Position numbers and translations under genes: made by a program
Notes under the pieces: model-generated
Told to the model about the DNA's origin: nothing
Seen by the model: only the letters and a program-made list of their open reading frames with translations
The model's database searches: none
Assembly: GCA_963663865.1 (NCBI GenBank)
Contig: OY760686.1
Location: 1,792,001-1,856,000, forward strand
DNA: 64,000 bases
DNA from: Spirochaetota bacterium
GTDB taxonomy: Bacteria; Spirochaetota; UBA4802; UBA5550
Direction: 5' to 3'
Part shown: one piece after another, positions 49,104 through 59,303 of the stretch
Position numbering within the stretch: position 1 is the stretch's first letter
How the letters are laid out: each line of letters starts with the position of its first letter

Positions 49104-51188
49104 ATGGAAACACTTTTTAGCAAAAAGGCATTGATAGTTTTATTTATGATAATGCCTTCTTTGTCTCTTTTTGCGTTTGAAGTTCAGGATTCAACATCTG
49201 GAGCCGTTCCTGTAGACAACCGTGAAGCTGAAAAGGTTGTCGTTACGGGAACAAAGACGGCAAAGCTTATGAGGACAGCACCGGTTAAAACCGAGGTTAT
49301 CAGCAGAGACAGGATTGAAGCCAAGGGCGCGGATACGGTTTTTGAAGCGTTAAAAGGCGAAGTCGGACTGATGGTAGAAAACAACTGTCAGAACTGCGCG
49401 GCTAATACCGTTGCCCTGAACGGTCTCGGAGGAAACTATACGCAGATTCTTATGAACGGATTTCCCTCAATTTCCTCGCTTGCGGGCGTTTACTTTCTTC
49501 AGCAGGCTCCGGCTTCAATGATTGACCGGATTGAGATAGTTAGAGGGGGCGGATCGGCCCTGTACGGTCCCGGCGCTATTGGCGGAGTAATTAACGTTAT
49601 CACGCAAAAGCCTAAAACAAACGGAGCAAATGTTGAATACAGGCAGGAGTTTATAGAAGGATTCAGCAATCCGACATGGGTTGCTAATGTAGATGCTTCC
49701 TACGTGAGCAACGACGGCAAAACCGGCCTGACAGTTTACGGAAGCAAGAAGGACCAGGACAGCTGGGACGGTAATGACGACAGCTATTCCGACCTTCCTG
49801 AACTTAAATCCACTTCAATAGGAGTTGGCGGATTTTTTAACATCATTGAGGGCATGGAGCTGACGTATAACGCCTTTGGAGTTGAGGAGTTCAGAAGAGG
49901 AGGCAACAGTTTTGATCTGGTGCCTGAGAAATCCGGAATCTGCGAGCAGATTGACTCAAACAGGGCTTCAGGTGATTTCAAGCTTTCGCATACGGTTAAT
50001 GATTTCTTTAATTATTCAGTTTATTACGGCTTTGCGAATACAGCACGAAAAACATATTATGGTCCGATGAACTCAGAGCCTTCAACAGACGAACAGTTGG
50101 CTGAAAATCTGCAGAACAACGGAACTACAGACAATCTGTTCCAGGTCGCGGGAACTGACTTCGGGTTTGCAATTGACAAAAACAATCTCATTCAGGCAGG
50201 ATTTGAATACTCTTACGATTCGGTTGTGGATAAAAACGCCAGTATCGAACGCGAGATAAATGATGAACATAATGATGTAGGAATGTACGCTCAATATAAC
50301 GCAAACTATGATTTGTTTGAGACCATCGTTGGTCTTAGGGCTGACAAGCACAGCAAGCTCGATGAATGGGTCTTCAGCCCCAGAGCAAGCGCTATACTCA
50401 AGCCGCTTAAAAGTCTGCGCTGGAGGGCCACTGTCTCGACTGGTTTTGTTGCTCCCCAGGTTTTCGATGAAGACTACCACATAGAGATTGGTCTTGCGGG
50501 TGATACTTCAACTCAGCATGTTATTGTTAACAGCGATGATCTCAAAGAAGAAAAATCAATCAGCTATTCTACCGACCTGGGATATAACATCAAGGCCGGT
50601 AAATTTGACTTTGACGTTAATGTTGGAGGATTTTATACCTCAATCGAGGACGCGATGTTCATCGACTATGACAATGTCGAGTCGACTAACTCAGCTGTTT
50701 ACTATTATAGAAGAAACGCTGAAGGTACAACCAGGGTTTACGGTGGAACCTTCGAGTTTATGGCTGAATACGGTAATATGATCAGCTGGTCAAACGCACT
50801 TACCGTTCAGGACGCGGATATGCCGGATGCGGGAGATCAGTACATGAACAAAATGCCCAATATTCACGGAGCTTCAATGCTGCAGTTGAAGTGGAAAAAA
50901 GCCGAGCTTGACCTCTCTGCCCAGTATATCGGTAAAACCAATGTCTTCAAGGAAGACGAAGGAGAAGAAGGAGAATTTGTCAAGACAGATGACTTCATTG
51001 TTTACGGCGTTAAGGTGAAATACGATCTGCCGTACGGCGGGAACAATGTTGCTTTATACGCTGGTATTGATAATATTACCAACGCCTATCAGGAGGACCT
51101 TGGGGTTGGTACCGACAGGCCTGCCGGATACCTCTACGGTCCAACAAGGCCGCGTACATATTACGCCGGATGTAAGCTTTCACTGTGA
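49104..51188 (+). CDS. TonB-dependent outer-membrane receptor with CxxC in the plug
   Basis: Signal peptide, EKVVVTGTK, plug IDRIEIVRGGGSALYGPGAIGGVINVITQKP, NNCQNC, barrel end GIDNITN...YLYGPTRPRTYYAGCKLSL. Confidence 0.92.
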   Translation: METLFSKKALIVLFMIMPSLSLFAFEVQDSTSGAVPVDNREAEKVVVTGTKTAKLMRTAPVKTEVISRDRIEAKGADTVFEALKGEVGLMVENNCQNCAANTVALNGLGGNYTQILMNGFPSISSLAGVYFLQQAPASMIDRIEIVRGGGSALYGPGAIGGVINVITQKPKTNGANVEYRQEFIEGFSNPTWVANVDASYVSNDGKTGLTVYGSKKDQDSWDGNDDSYSDLPELKSTSIGVGGFFNIIEGMELTYNAFGVEEFRRGGNSFDLVPEKSGICEQIDSNRASGDFKLSHTVNDFFNYSVYYGFANTARKTYYGPMNSEPSTDEQLAENLQNNGTTDNLFQVAGTDFGFAIDKNNLIQAGFEYSYDSVVDKNASIEREINDEHNDVGMYAQYNANYDLFETIVGLRADKHSKLDEWVFSPRASAILKPLKSLRWRATVSTGFVAPQVFDEDYHIEIGLAGDTSTQHVIVNSDDLKEEKSISYSTDLGYNIKAGKFDFDVNVGGFYTSIEDAMFIDYDNVESTNSAVYYYRRNAEGTTRVYGGTFEFMAEYGNMISWSNALTVQDADMPDAGDQYMNKMPNIHGASMLQLKWKKAELDLSAQYIGKTNVFKEDEGEEGEFVKTDDFIVYGVKVKYDLPYGGNNVALYAGIDNITNAYQEDLGVGTDRPAGYLYGPTRPRTYYAGCKLSL

Positions 51189-51206
51189 TCAAGTAACTTT
51201 AAACTC

Positions 51207-51236
51207 ATGACGGTGTCATAGAAACGACACCGTCAT
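51207..51236. other. Stem-loop between the receptor and feoC
   Basis: ATGACGGTGTC-N8-GACACCGTCAT perfect 11-bp stem without a U-tract. Confidence 0.6.
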
Positions 51237-51255
51237 AATACTGCCTGGAGGTTTT

Positions 51256-51486
51256 ATGTTATTATCTGATATGAAACAGCTTCTTATAAAAAACGGGCCG
51301 CTTTCGATCAGAGAGCTGTCAGTTCTGTTAAAGCAAGACGAAGCCGCAGTTGAGCATGGACTTAGAATGTGGCTTGATAAGGGCAGTGTTAAAAAGGAGT
51401 CAGTGCAAACTTCATGCAGCGGCTGTTCTTCCTGCGCGTCTGCCTCCCTTTGCTCAGATTCAGCTGTGTACAGATGGATTGCATGA
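51256..51486 (+). CDS. feoC: FeoC-like winged-helix Cys-rich protein
   Basis: 76 aa, LLSDMKQLL...LSIRELS...AVEHGLRMWLDKGSVKK...SCSGCSSC...C...VYRW; GGAGG RBS. Confidence 0.8.
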   Translation: MLLSDMKQLLIKNGPLSIRELSVLLKQDEAAVEHGLRMWLDKGSVKKESVQTSCSGCSSCASASLCSDSAVYRWIA

Positions 51487-51682
51487 TTCCTTGAGCAGGC
51501 TGTTTGCTTACTGCCGAGAGCTTTATCCCCCCTCCAAAAACAAAGCACATTCCATCAAAATTTTAACTTGATTTTTATCCGATGTTTCAAAGATATTCAG
51601 GTGAAACGCATTTTCCCGGATGTGTAACTCGCATAATTTCCTTAAAATTATGTTGAATAATTATTATTTAAAGGTGTTTAAT

Positions 51683-52174
51683 TTGAAGCCATTAACATTA
51701 ACTGAAGAGAAGATAAACGCCGCTGTAGAAGAGCTCAGCCTTCTAAAAAACCCGCTTGATGAGGCGCTTGCCCTGCTGGACAGGGAGCAGCCATATACCG
51801 CTGACTATATCCACGGTGAAATGACTGATGAACTCACTGATTCAGAAAGGGCTGTTCTGGTGGATATAGCCTCGACCGTCTACTACATAATCAGCAAAAA
51901 TTTCACTGCCGTCAGGGCTACGCAGCAATCTCTTGAAAAGGCATATTCAGAGAATGTCGGCAGATTCGAAGAACTGTTCAGAACCTCAGATGAGGAGGAT
52001 TTCAGTATCGAGGTGTTTTTTGACTATCTTGTTTCCGGCAACTCTCAGGAGCCTCTGTTTCTTTTCGCGGCTGAACTCATAACTGAGGCGCTGGAAGATG
52101 AAGCTGATGATTTTACTGAATCTTTTTCTGTTATACTTGTCCACCTGAAGACAATCATTGATGCTGTTCTCTGA
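51683..52174 (+). CDS. Acidic hypothetical protein
   Basis: Open frame with a probable TTG51683 start behind AAGGTG; helical and acidic; no recognised motif. Confidence 0.6.
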   Translation: MKPLTLTEEKINAAVEELSLLKNPLDEALALLDREQPYTADYIHGEMTDELTDSERAVLVDIASTVYYIISKNFTAVRATQQSLEKAYSENVGRFEELFRTSDEEDFSIEVFFDYLVSGNSQEPLFLFAAELITEALEDEADDFTESFSVILVHLKTIIDAVL

Positions 52175-52378
52175 TTATTTAAAAAAAAATAGCAGTATTC
52201 AGAGCAAAACCGGCAATTACTGTTGAAAAATATTTTAAATGGTATATAGTGCAGTTGTCTGATTATCTGACGTCACTGAACTGATCAGGATGATTGGAGC
52301 GTTGTATTAGTACGGAAGAATAGTAAATCTGATAGTCTTAGGGTGGCGTATTGCATCTGAAATAACACTGATAAGTAT

Positions 52379-55300
52379 ATGAAAGATGAAAGAATAAATA
52401 AAATACTGCAAGTTCTGATCAATGCCAAAAATGGTGATTATTCAGTAAATGAAACCGTTACGGGAGCCGATGACATTGCAGAAATATCCTCTCTCGTAAA
52501 CAGCCTTATAGGCAGGCTGAATCAGATTAGCAGCAAAACCGAGCTGGCGCAGGCCGCCTTTGATGAAAGCCTGAAGAAATACCGTCATTTTAATTCCCTT
52601 CTTCAAAGTGTATTTTTTGTGTACTCCTACATCGGTGACGGTGATTTTAATTTTATCTATATATCTGAAGAAACTGAAGCGCTTCTCGGTATTGACTCAA
52701 AAAGGATTATTGAAGATTACAACCGTCTTCTTGAACTGGTTAAGCCTGAGGACAGGAGGGCTTTCGTTGATGTAATCAAGTCTTCGAAGGATAGCATTAA
52801 TCAGTGGCAGCATGAGCTCAGGATTAAGACGGATGGAAGTTACAGATGGTACAGATGCAGCGCAAGACGTGATTACGATCTTGGCGAGGGGAATATATGG
52901 AGCGGGGTGCTTCTTGATATTACCGGCCAGAAGGAGTCCTCTGAGCTCATTTCTTTGCAGAAGGCCGAGATTGAGCTTGCTTATATGGAACTCCAATCGG
53001 TAATCCAGGAGCTTTCTGCCACCAATGAAGAGATGGAAGCTATCAATGAAGAGCTTACGGCCTCGCAGGACGAGCTCATTCAACGGGAGGTTGAGCTTCA
53101 GCGTAACCTCAGGGAAACAACATACAGATACGATATAAGCAGGGCGCTTAACGGCATTGACACTGAAAGCCATGTGCTTGATGTCCTGATTGAACAGGCT
53201 GAGATATTTTCTGAAGCATGCGTAATCCTGTTCAGCAACCGATACAACGGAAAGGGCAGAATTGTTACTGTAAGAAGGATAAATCCATTTAAAAGCGGAA
53301 TTGAGATAGCGATTCTAAAAAAGAACAGGGATATTATAGTAAGCGATTACGACAACACATGGCAGCTCAACGATACTGAGCCTTTTATATGCAATAACCT
53401 GGAACGTGACGGCAGAGTCATTCCTATTGCTAAAAAAGCATACGCGGAGTCTGGAATTAAAAGCTTCGCCATTTTTCCGATGAACTCCGGCGGCGCGTGG
53501 GTTGGTGATATTGGCGTTTTCAATACTAAAAGTGATTATTTTGACCGCGAGAAGATTGTGCTGTACTCAACTCTGGCTGAACAGGGCGCTGTAGCGCTTG
53601 CTGCGGCAAGGCTCAGAGACGAGATTTCCAGCTCAAGACAGAGGATGTCGCAGATTGTGGAACAGTCGCCTCTCGCTATAATCGAGTGGTCAACTACGCT
53701 TTCCATAGTATCGTGGAACAGCTCAGCAGAAAGGATATTCATGCATTCTGTGGATTGGGCAGTTGGCAGGGATTGCAGGGCCATAGTTGATGAAACCTAT
53801 GAAAAGGATTTTACAGATGAGCTTCAATCTGTATTGTCCGGCACTTACAGCGCTCACTATGAAGCTGAATGCAGGCGGGGCGATGATAGTATCATTGTCT
53901 GCGAGTGGCATTTCGCGCCGATTATCGATGGAAGAGGGAAGGTTTCAGGGATAGTCTCCATTGCCGAAGATATCACAGAAAAAAGAAAGTATTCGGCAGC
54001 GCTGGAGCAGGAAAAAGCCCTTCTGAGGACGCTCATAGACATGATACCTGACCCGATATATATGAAGGACATGTCCGGCCGGAAGACACTCGCCAACCCG
54101 GTTGATGTGTATCTGATGGGCGCGTCAAATGAGGCGGATGTTATCGGGAAAAATGATTTCGATGTCTATTCGCCGGAGGATGCCGCTAAATTCTGGGAAG
54201 ATGATGAAAAGGTCCTTTTCGAAGGACAAAAAATTCTCAATAGAGAGGAAGAATTTATTCTCAATGACGGATCAACGCTCAATATTTTAACGAGCAAGGT
54301 TCCGCTAAAAAATGAAAACGGCGAGATTGTAGGACTGCTTGGTGTAGGCAGGGACATTACTGACAGGAAAAAGTATGAGCATGAACTGGAAAGCAGCTTA
54401 AAGCAGACCAGGATGCGCTATGATTTCAGCAGAAAGTTCGCGACCTGCAGGAATGTTGAAGAGGTCATTGACGTTATAATAAGCGAATCAAAGATCAACA
54501 CTCAGGTATCCATAGGAATCAGTACGCTTATCTCAAAGGATACTGAACTCGTATTTAAAGTCAGGCGCTATGAAGAATACGATTCCGGGTTGCCCGCGCC
54601 TGTTAAGCCGGGAACAGTAATAAACGAATCTAATGATGATTTTGTCAGAAATCTGTACAGTGACAAAATCATTATCGCAGATCCGGTAGTATCTTCAAAT
54701 GAAATTGACCGCAAATTCAAGAAAATTTTCGCTGTTTCGGGAGTACAATCCTATTCACTGTTCCCTATTTCCGGAGCAATGGAGTGGTTTGGATTTATCG
54801 CTGGAGCATCAAGGGTTCAAGGCGTTATGGATGAGGACTTTGTTCAGCATTTTTCAATTTTGTCTGAACAGGCATCAATCGCTTTCAGAGCTACAATACT
54901 CAGGGAGAGGATCGCGGAATCTCAGAACAGGTTGATGCTTCTCTTCGAGCAGTCTCCTCTCGGCATTATTGAATCCAATACGGAGATGAAGGTCGTATTC
55001 TGGAACAAGGCAGCCCAGACTATATTCGGCTATTCATACTCTGAGGCAGTCGGGAACGATGTTTTTTCTCTCATTTTCGGAGACACTCCTGACCAGAGAT
55101 TCGCGGATGACTGGAGGAAGGTCAGCAGCACCGGAAGGCAGATACAGTCTATCTGTCAGTGTACAACCATGGAAGGCGGGAAGCTGATTTGCAATTTTTT
55201 TACATCTGCAATAACCGGCAATGATGGTGTGATTAAAGGCATTGTTTCAATGGTGCAGGATGTGACTGAAAGGGAAAAGGCGTTTGCCGAGAAGAAAAGG

Positions 55301-56446
55301 CTTGAGGAGGATCTTCAACACGCTCAAAAAATTGAGTCCGTCGGACGCCTGGCCGGAGGGGTTGCGCATGACTTTAACAACATGCTTACCGTTATTCTTG
55401 GCCGCACAGAGCTTATTAAATCGCGCATTAACGGCAATTCGGAAATAAAGGATGATATCGTTGAAATCGAAAAGGCAGCGAGGCATTCGAAGGATGTGAC
55501 CACACAGCTTCTTGCTTTTTCAAGGAAGCAGATCATCAAGCCCGAAATAATAAATATGAATGAGCGCTTCCCGGAACTCCGGCGAACCCTGATCAGGCTG
55601 ATTGGAGAGGATATTGAAATAGCATATATTCCCGGTAGAGACCTGTGGAATATAAAATTTGACCCATTTCAGATTGATCAGATCATAATGAACCTGTCAC
55701 TCAACAGCCGTGATGCAATGCCCGATGGCGGCAAACTGTCAATACAGACCGATAATGTCACTATTGACGAAAATGAAAGTATAGCCAGACCGGAATTCAG
55801 AGCGGGAGAATTTGTCCGAATAACGCTGCGTGATTCCGGCACCGGAATGGACAGTGAAACGCTGCAGTATATATTTGAGCCGTTCTTTACGACCAAGGAG
55901 ATTGGACGCGGTACTGGACTTGGACTCGCTACTGTGTACGGTATGGTAAAGCAGAACAATGGCTTTATCACTGTGGATAGCAGTCCGGGCGAAGGGACTT
56001 CCTTTGAAATCTATATTCCCAGATCTTATGAAGATATATCCGCCGTTATCAAGAGCTGTTCAATTAAGCCGGTAAAGGGAGAGGGAACAATTCTTCTTGT
56101 TGAAGATGATATGCTCGTAAGGAGAATGGTAAGCGCAATGCTGACGCAACTCGGCTATTATACAATGATTGCAGAGACGCCCGGGCAGGCCGTAGCCATA
56201 TTCAGGGAGAAGAGTGAGTCCATTGATATGGTTATCTCCGACGTAATTATGCCGGAGATGAGCGGTGTGGATTTGCGTACTGAACTGGAAAAACATTCTT
56301 CCGGAGTAAAGATACTCTTCATGTCCGGTTACACCGCGGATGTTCTCATGTCCAAAGGAGGACTTGAGGAGGGGGTTAACTTCATCTCAAAGCCTTTTTC
56401 CATTTCTGAACTTTCCGATAAGGTCAGAGAGGTAATTTCCAGCTGA
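52379..56446 (+). CDS. Hybrid sensor histidine kinase (PAS/GAF/PAS/PAS/GAF/PAS-HisKA-HATPase-REC)
   Basis: GRLAGGVAHDFNNML H-box, NLSLNSRDAM, DSGTGM, FEPFFTTK, GTGLGL, REC ISDVIMP...KPFS; several PAS/PAC motifs; no TM segments. Confidence 0.92.
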   Translation: MKDERINKILQVLINAKNGDYSVNETVTGADDIAEISSLVNSLIGRLNQISSKTELAQAAFDESLKKYRHFNSLLQSVFFVYSYIGDGDFNFIYISEETEALLGIDSKRIIEDYNRLLELVKPEDRRAFVDVIKSSKDSINQWQHELRIKTDGSYRWYRCSARRDYDLGEGNIWSGVLLDITGQKESSELISLQKAEIELAYMELQSVIQELSATNEEMEAINEELTASQDELIQREVELQRNLRETTYRYDISRALNGIDTESHVLDVLIEQAEIFSEACVILFSNRYNGKGRIVTVRRINPFKSGIEIAILKKNRDIIVSDYDNTWQLNDTEPFICNNLERDGRVIPIAKKAYAESGIKSFAIFPMNSGGAWVGDIGVFNTKSDYFDREKIVLYSTLAEQGAVALAAARLRDEISSSRQRMSQIVEQSPLAIIEWSTTLSIVSWNSSAERIFMHSVDWAVGRDCRAIVDETYEKDFTDELQSVLSGTYSAHYEAECRRGDDSIIVCEWHFAPIIDGRGKVSGIVSIAEDITEKRKYSAALEQEKALLRTLIDMIPDPIYMKDMSGRKTLANPVDVYLMGASNEADVIGKNDFDVYSPEDAAKFWEDDEKVLFEGQKILNREEEFILNDGSTLNILTSKVPLKNENGEIVGLLGVGRDITDRKKYEHELESSLKQTRMRYDFSRKFATCRNVEEVIDVIISESKINTQVSIGISTLISKDTELVFKVRRYEEYDSGLPAPVKPGTVINESNDDFVRNLYSDKIIIADPVVSSNEIDRKFKKIFAVSGVQSYSLFPISGAMEWFGFIAGASRVQGVMDEDFVQHFSILSEQASIAFRATILRERIAESQNRLMLLFEQSPLGIIESNTEMKVVFWNKAAQTIFGYSYSEAVGNDVFSLIFGDTPDQRFADDWRKVSSTGRQIQSICQCTTMEGGKLICNFFTSAITGNDGVIKGIVSMVQDVTEREKAFAEKKRLEEDLQHAQKIESVGRLAGGVAHDFNNMLTVILGRTELIKSRINGNSEIKDDIVEIEKAARHSKDVTTQLLAFSRKQIIKPEIINMNERFPELRRTLIRLIGEDIEIAYIPGRDLWNIKFDPFQIDQIIMNLSLNSRDAMPDGGKLSIQTDNVTIDENESIARPEFRAGEFVRITLRDSGTGMDSETLQYIFEPFFTTKEIGRGTGLGLATVYGMVKQNNGFITVDSSPGEGTSFEIYIPRSYEDISAVIKSCSIKPVKGEGTILLVEDDMLVRRMVSAMLTQLGYYTMIAETPGQAVAIFREKSESIDMVISDVIMPEMSGVDLRTELEKHSSGVKILFMSGYTADVLMSKGGLEEGVNFISKPFSISELSDKVREVISS

Positions 56447-56518
56447 CTGCAAAACGGTATTCAGCAGCTTTAATGATTTTATTAACTGAATATTTTACAA
56501 AAAATAAGAGCATAAGTC

Positions 56519-56569
56519 TTGACAGATCAAAGGCTAATCCCTACAATACCTACTAATTTACTTGTAATT
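56519..56569 (+). promoter_or_regulatory. Sigma-70 promoter with overlapping Rrf2-type operator upstream of metY
   Basis: TTGACA-N17-TACAAT (56519-56547), overlapped by ATACCTACT-AATTT-ACTTGTAAT. Confidence 0.6.
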
Positions 56570-56583
56570 AAGAGAGGGTTGCC

Positions 56584-57879
56584 ATGACAAAGGAAAAAAA
56601 TAAAAGTTTGAGACCCGAATCGCTCCTGGTACACGGTGGGCAAAGCCCCGATAGCGCTACGGGTTCAAGGGCTGTTCCTATATATCAGACAACAGCGTAT
56701 CAGTTTCATGACACAGATCATGCAGCTTCGCTGTTTGCCCTCACCGAACCGGGGAATATATACACCCGCCTCATGAATCCGACTACAGAAGTGCTTGAAA
56801 ACAGGGTTAGTTTGCTTGAAGGAGGGGCCGGCGCCCTTGCGACCTCAAGCGGGACTTCGGCAATCCTGTTGTCAATGCTCAATATCGCCTCTGCTGGAGA
56901 TGAGATAGTCTCCGCTGAAAACCTTTATGGAGGCACCTACAACCTTTTCAAAAACACCCTTCCGAGGATGGGCATTAAGGTAAACTTTTTTGCTCCGAAT
57001 GATTTCAATGCGTTGAGAGAAAAAATCACGCCCTCGACCAAAGCTGTGTATGCCGAGACTGTGGGAAATCCCAGGCTTGATATTGCTGATATTGAAAAGC
57101 TGGCGGAGATAGCCCACGAAAACGGAATTCCTCTGATTGTTGACAACACATGCGTTCCATATCTTCTTAAGCCGATAGACTACGGCGCGGATATTGTGGT
57201 GTATTCGGCGACCAAGTTCCTGGGTGGGCATGGAAATTCCATGGGGGGTGTCATCGTAGATTCAGGGCGTTTCGACTGGTCGACAGGCAGGTTCCCTCTT
57301 ATTTCTGATCCTGATCCAAGTTATCACGGCATGGATTTTATCAGGGCGTTGAGTCCTTCAAATACTGCATATATCGTCAAGGCCCGGGTCTGTCTCATGA
57401 GGGACCTCGGACCGGCCATATCCCCCTTCAATTCTTTTCTTATTTTGCAGGGCCTCGAAACTCTTCATCTGAGGATGGAAAGGCATTCACACAACGCGAT
57501 GGCAGTGGCAAGCTACCTTGAGTCCAATTCGGCGGTTGAGTGGGTGAATTATCCTGGACTTGAATCGAGTTCTGAAAAAGCCAGAGCGGACAGGTATCTT
57601 CCATGCGGGGCTGGAGCAATAATAGGTTTCGGCATTAAAGGCGGCCATGCTGAGGGAAAGACGTTCATTGATTCACTCAGTATGATCTCCCACGTTGCAA
57701 ACATAGGCGATACGAGAACGCTGGCGATTCATCCGGCGAGCACAACTCATCAGCAGCTCAACCGGGAAGAACAGGAAGCAGCGGGAGTCAATCCCGGGTT
57801 CATAAGACTGTCCATAGGAATAGAAAATTCTGAAGATATAATTGAGGATATTGACCAGGCGATACGAAAGAGCTGCTGA
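56584..57879 (+). CDS. metY: O-acetylhomoserine/O-acetylserine sulfhydrylase
   Basis: [29 protein letters not shown] (PLP Lys), [21 protein letters not shown]. Confidence 0.92.
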   Translation: MTKEKNKSLRPESLLVHGGQSPDSATGSRAVPIYQTTAYQFHDTDHAASLFALTEPGNIYTRLMNPTTEVLENRVSLLEGGAGALATSSGTSAILLSMLNIASAGDEIVSAENLYGGTYNLFKNTLPRMGIKVNFFAPNDFNALREKITPSTKAVYAETVGNPRLDIADIEKLAEIAHENGIPLIVDNTCVPYLLKPIDYGADIVVYSATKFLGGHGNSMGGVIVDSGRFDWSTGRFPLISDPDPSYHGMDFIRALSPSNTAYIVKARVCLMRDLGPAISPFNSFLILQGLETLHLRMERHSHNAMAVASYLESNSAVEWVNYPGLESSSEKARADRYLPCGAGAIIGFGIKGGHAEGKTFIDSLSMISHVANIGDTRTLAIHPASTTHQQLNREEQEAAGVNPGFIRLSIGIENSEDIIEDIDQAIRKSC

Positions 57880-57904
57880 CGCTAACAAAACAAAGGAGAT
57901 TAAA

Positions 57905-58825
57905 GTGCCAATTTACAATGACATTACGGAAACAATAGGCAATACGCCTCTTGTGAGAATAAACAGGCTCAATGATACCGATGCTGTTATTTTAGCGAAG
58001 ATTGAGTCATTCAACCCCCTTTCAAGCGTTAAGGATAGAATAGGCGTAGCGATGATTAACGACGCTGAAAAGAAAGGAAAGCTTAAAAAAGGAGACACTG
58101 TAATAGAGCCCACGAGCGGCAACACAGGCATTGCTCTGGCCTTTGCCTGCGCGGCCAGGGGATATAACCTTGTTCTTACAATGCCTGACACCATGAGCAC
58201 CGAAAGAAGACAGCTCCTGGAGATTCTTGGGGCTCGAATCGTGCTTACCGACGGGCGTCTCGGAATGAAGGGAGCCATTGAAACAGCTCTGAAGTTACAG
58301 TCCGAGACACCCGGCAGCTTCATGCCCCAGCAGTTCAGGAATCAGGCAAATCCTGAAATTCACATGAGCACAACCGGGCCGGAGATATGGAGCGACTGCG
58401 AAGGGAAGGTCGATTACTTCGTTGCCGGAGTCGGTACGGGCGGAACAATAACCGGAACCGGGGCTTATCTGAAGAAGATGAATCCGGATATTAAAATCAT
58501 TGCCGTTGAACCGGAAGATTCGGCGGTCTTAAGCGGAAGGGAGAGCGGGCCGCATAGAATTCAGGGGCTAGGAGCCGGATTCATACCGGAAGTTCTGAAA
58601 ATGGAGATTATTGATGAGGTGATTCCTGTAACCGACGCTGATGCCGCTGAAACAGCGAGAAGGCTGCCGGTGCTTGAGGGAATCTTGACCGGCATATCGG
58701 GCGGCGCCGCTATGAATGCGGCTCTCACCGTCGCGGCCAGACCCGAGTCAGCCGGAAAGGTAATAGTAGTTATTCTGCCTGACAGCGGTGAGAGGTATCT
58801 TTCAACATGGCTTTTCGCGGATTAA
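57905..58825 (+). CDS. cysK: Cysteine synthase A
   Basis: [47 protein letters not shown]; GTG57905 start behind AAGGAG. Confidence 0.95.
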   Translation: MPIYNDITETIGNTPLVRINRLNDTDAVILAKIESFNPLSSVKDRIGVAMINDAEKKGKLKKGDTVIEPTSGNTGIALAFACAARGYNLVLTMPDTMSTERRQLLEILGARIVLTDGRLGMKGAIETALKLQSETPGSFMPQQFRNQANPEIHMSTTGPEIWSDCEGKVDYFVAGVGTGGTITGTGAYLKKMNPDIKIIAVEPEDSAVLSGRESGPHRIQGLGAGFIPEVLKMEIIDEVIPVTDADAAETARRLPVLEGILTGISGGAAMNAALTVAARPESAGKVIVVILPDSGERYLSTWLFAD

Positions 58826-58847
58826 TGATGATTACACTGGAGATTAG

Positions 58848-59294
58848 ATGAGACTTTCCACCAGGTCGAGATACGGAATAAGGCTGATGATGGCCCTTGC
58901 AATGGAAGAAAGCAGCGAGCCAGTCTTCCTCAAGCAGATAGCGACTTCGGAAGGCATATCCGAGAAGTATCTGAGCCAGATTATTATCCCCCTGAAAAAC
59001 AGCGGACTCGTAATTACATACAGAGGGGCTCACGGCGGTTACAAGTTAAGCCGTAAGCCATCAGAGATTAACATCAGGGAAATAGTGGAACCTCTTGAAG
59101 GAGACCTTAGTCTTGTCGAATGCGTCGCTGTACCGGGAAGCTGCGGAAAATCGAGCGAATGCGTGTCAAGGTCGCTATGGGATGAAATGAGCAGAATGAT
59201 TATCGATTACCTCTCAGGCATAACACTTGCGGACCTAATAGAAAGATGCAGAAAAATTTCACATGCCGGAGATGCTGTTAACTACGTGATATAG
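58848..59294 (+). CDS. Rrf2-family regulator (IscR/CymR-like, three Cys)
   Basis: MRLSTRSRYG, ISEKYLSQI, RGAHGGYKL, LVEC-x6-C-x5-C. Confidence 0.9.
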   Translation: MRLSTRSRYGIRLMMALAMEESSEPVFLKQIATSEGISEKYLSQIIIPLKNSGLVITYRGAHGGYKLSRKPSEINIREIVEPLEGDLSLVECVAVPGSCGKSSECVSRSLWDEMSRMIIDYLSGITLADLIERCRKISHAGDAVNYVI

Positions 59295-59303
59295 GAGCCG
59301 CAG

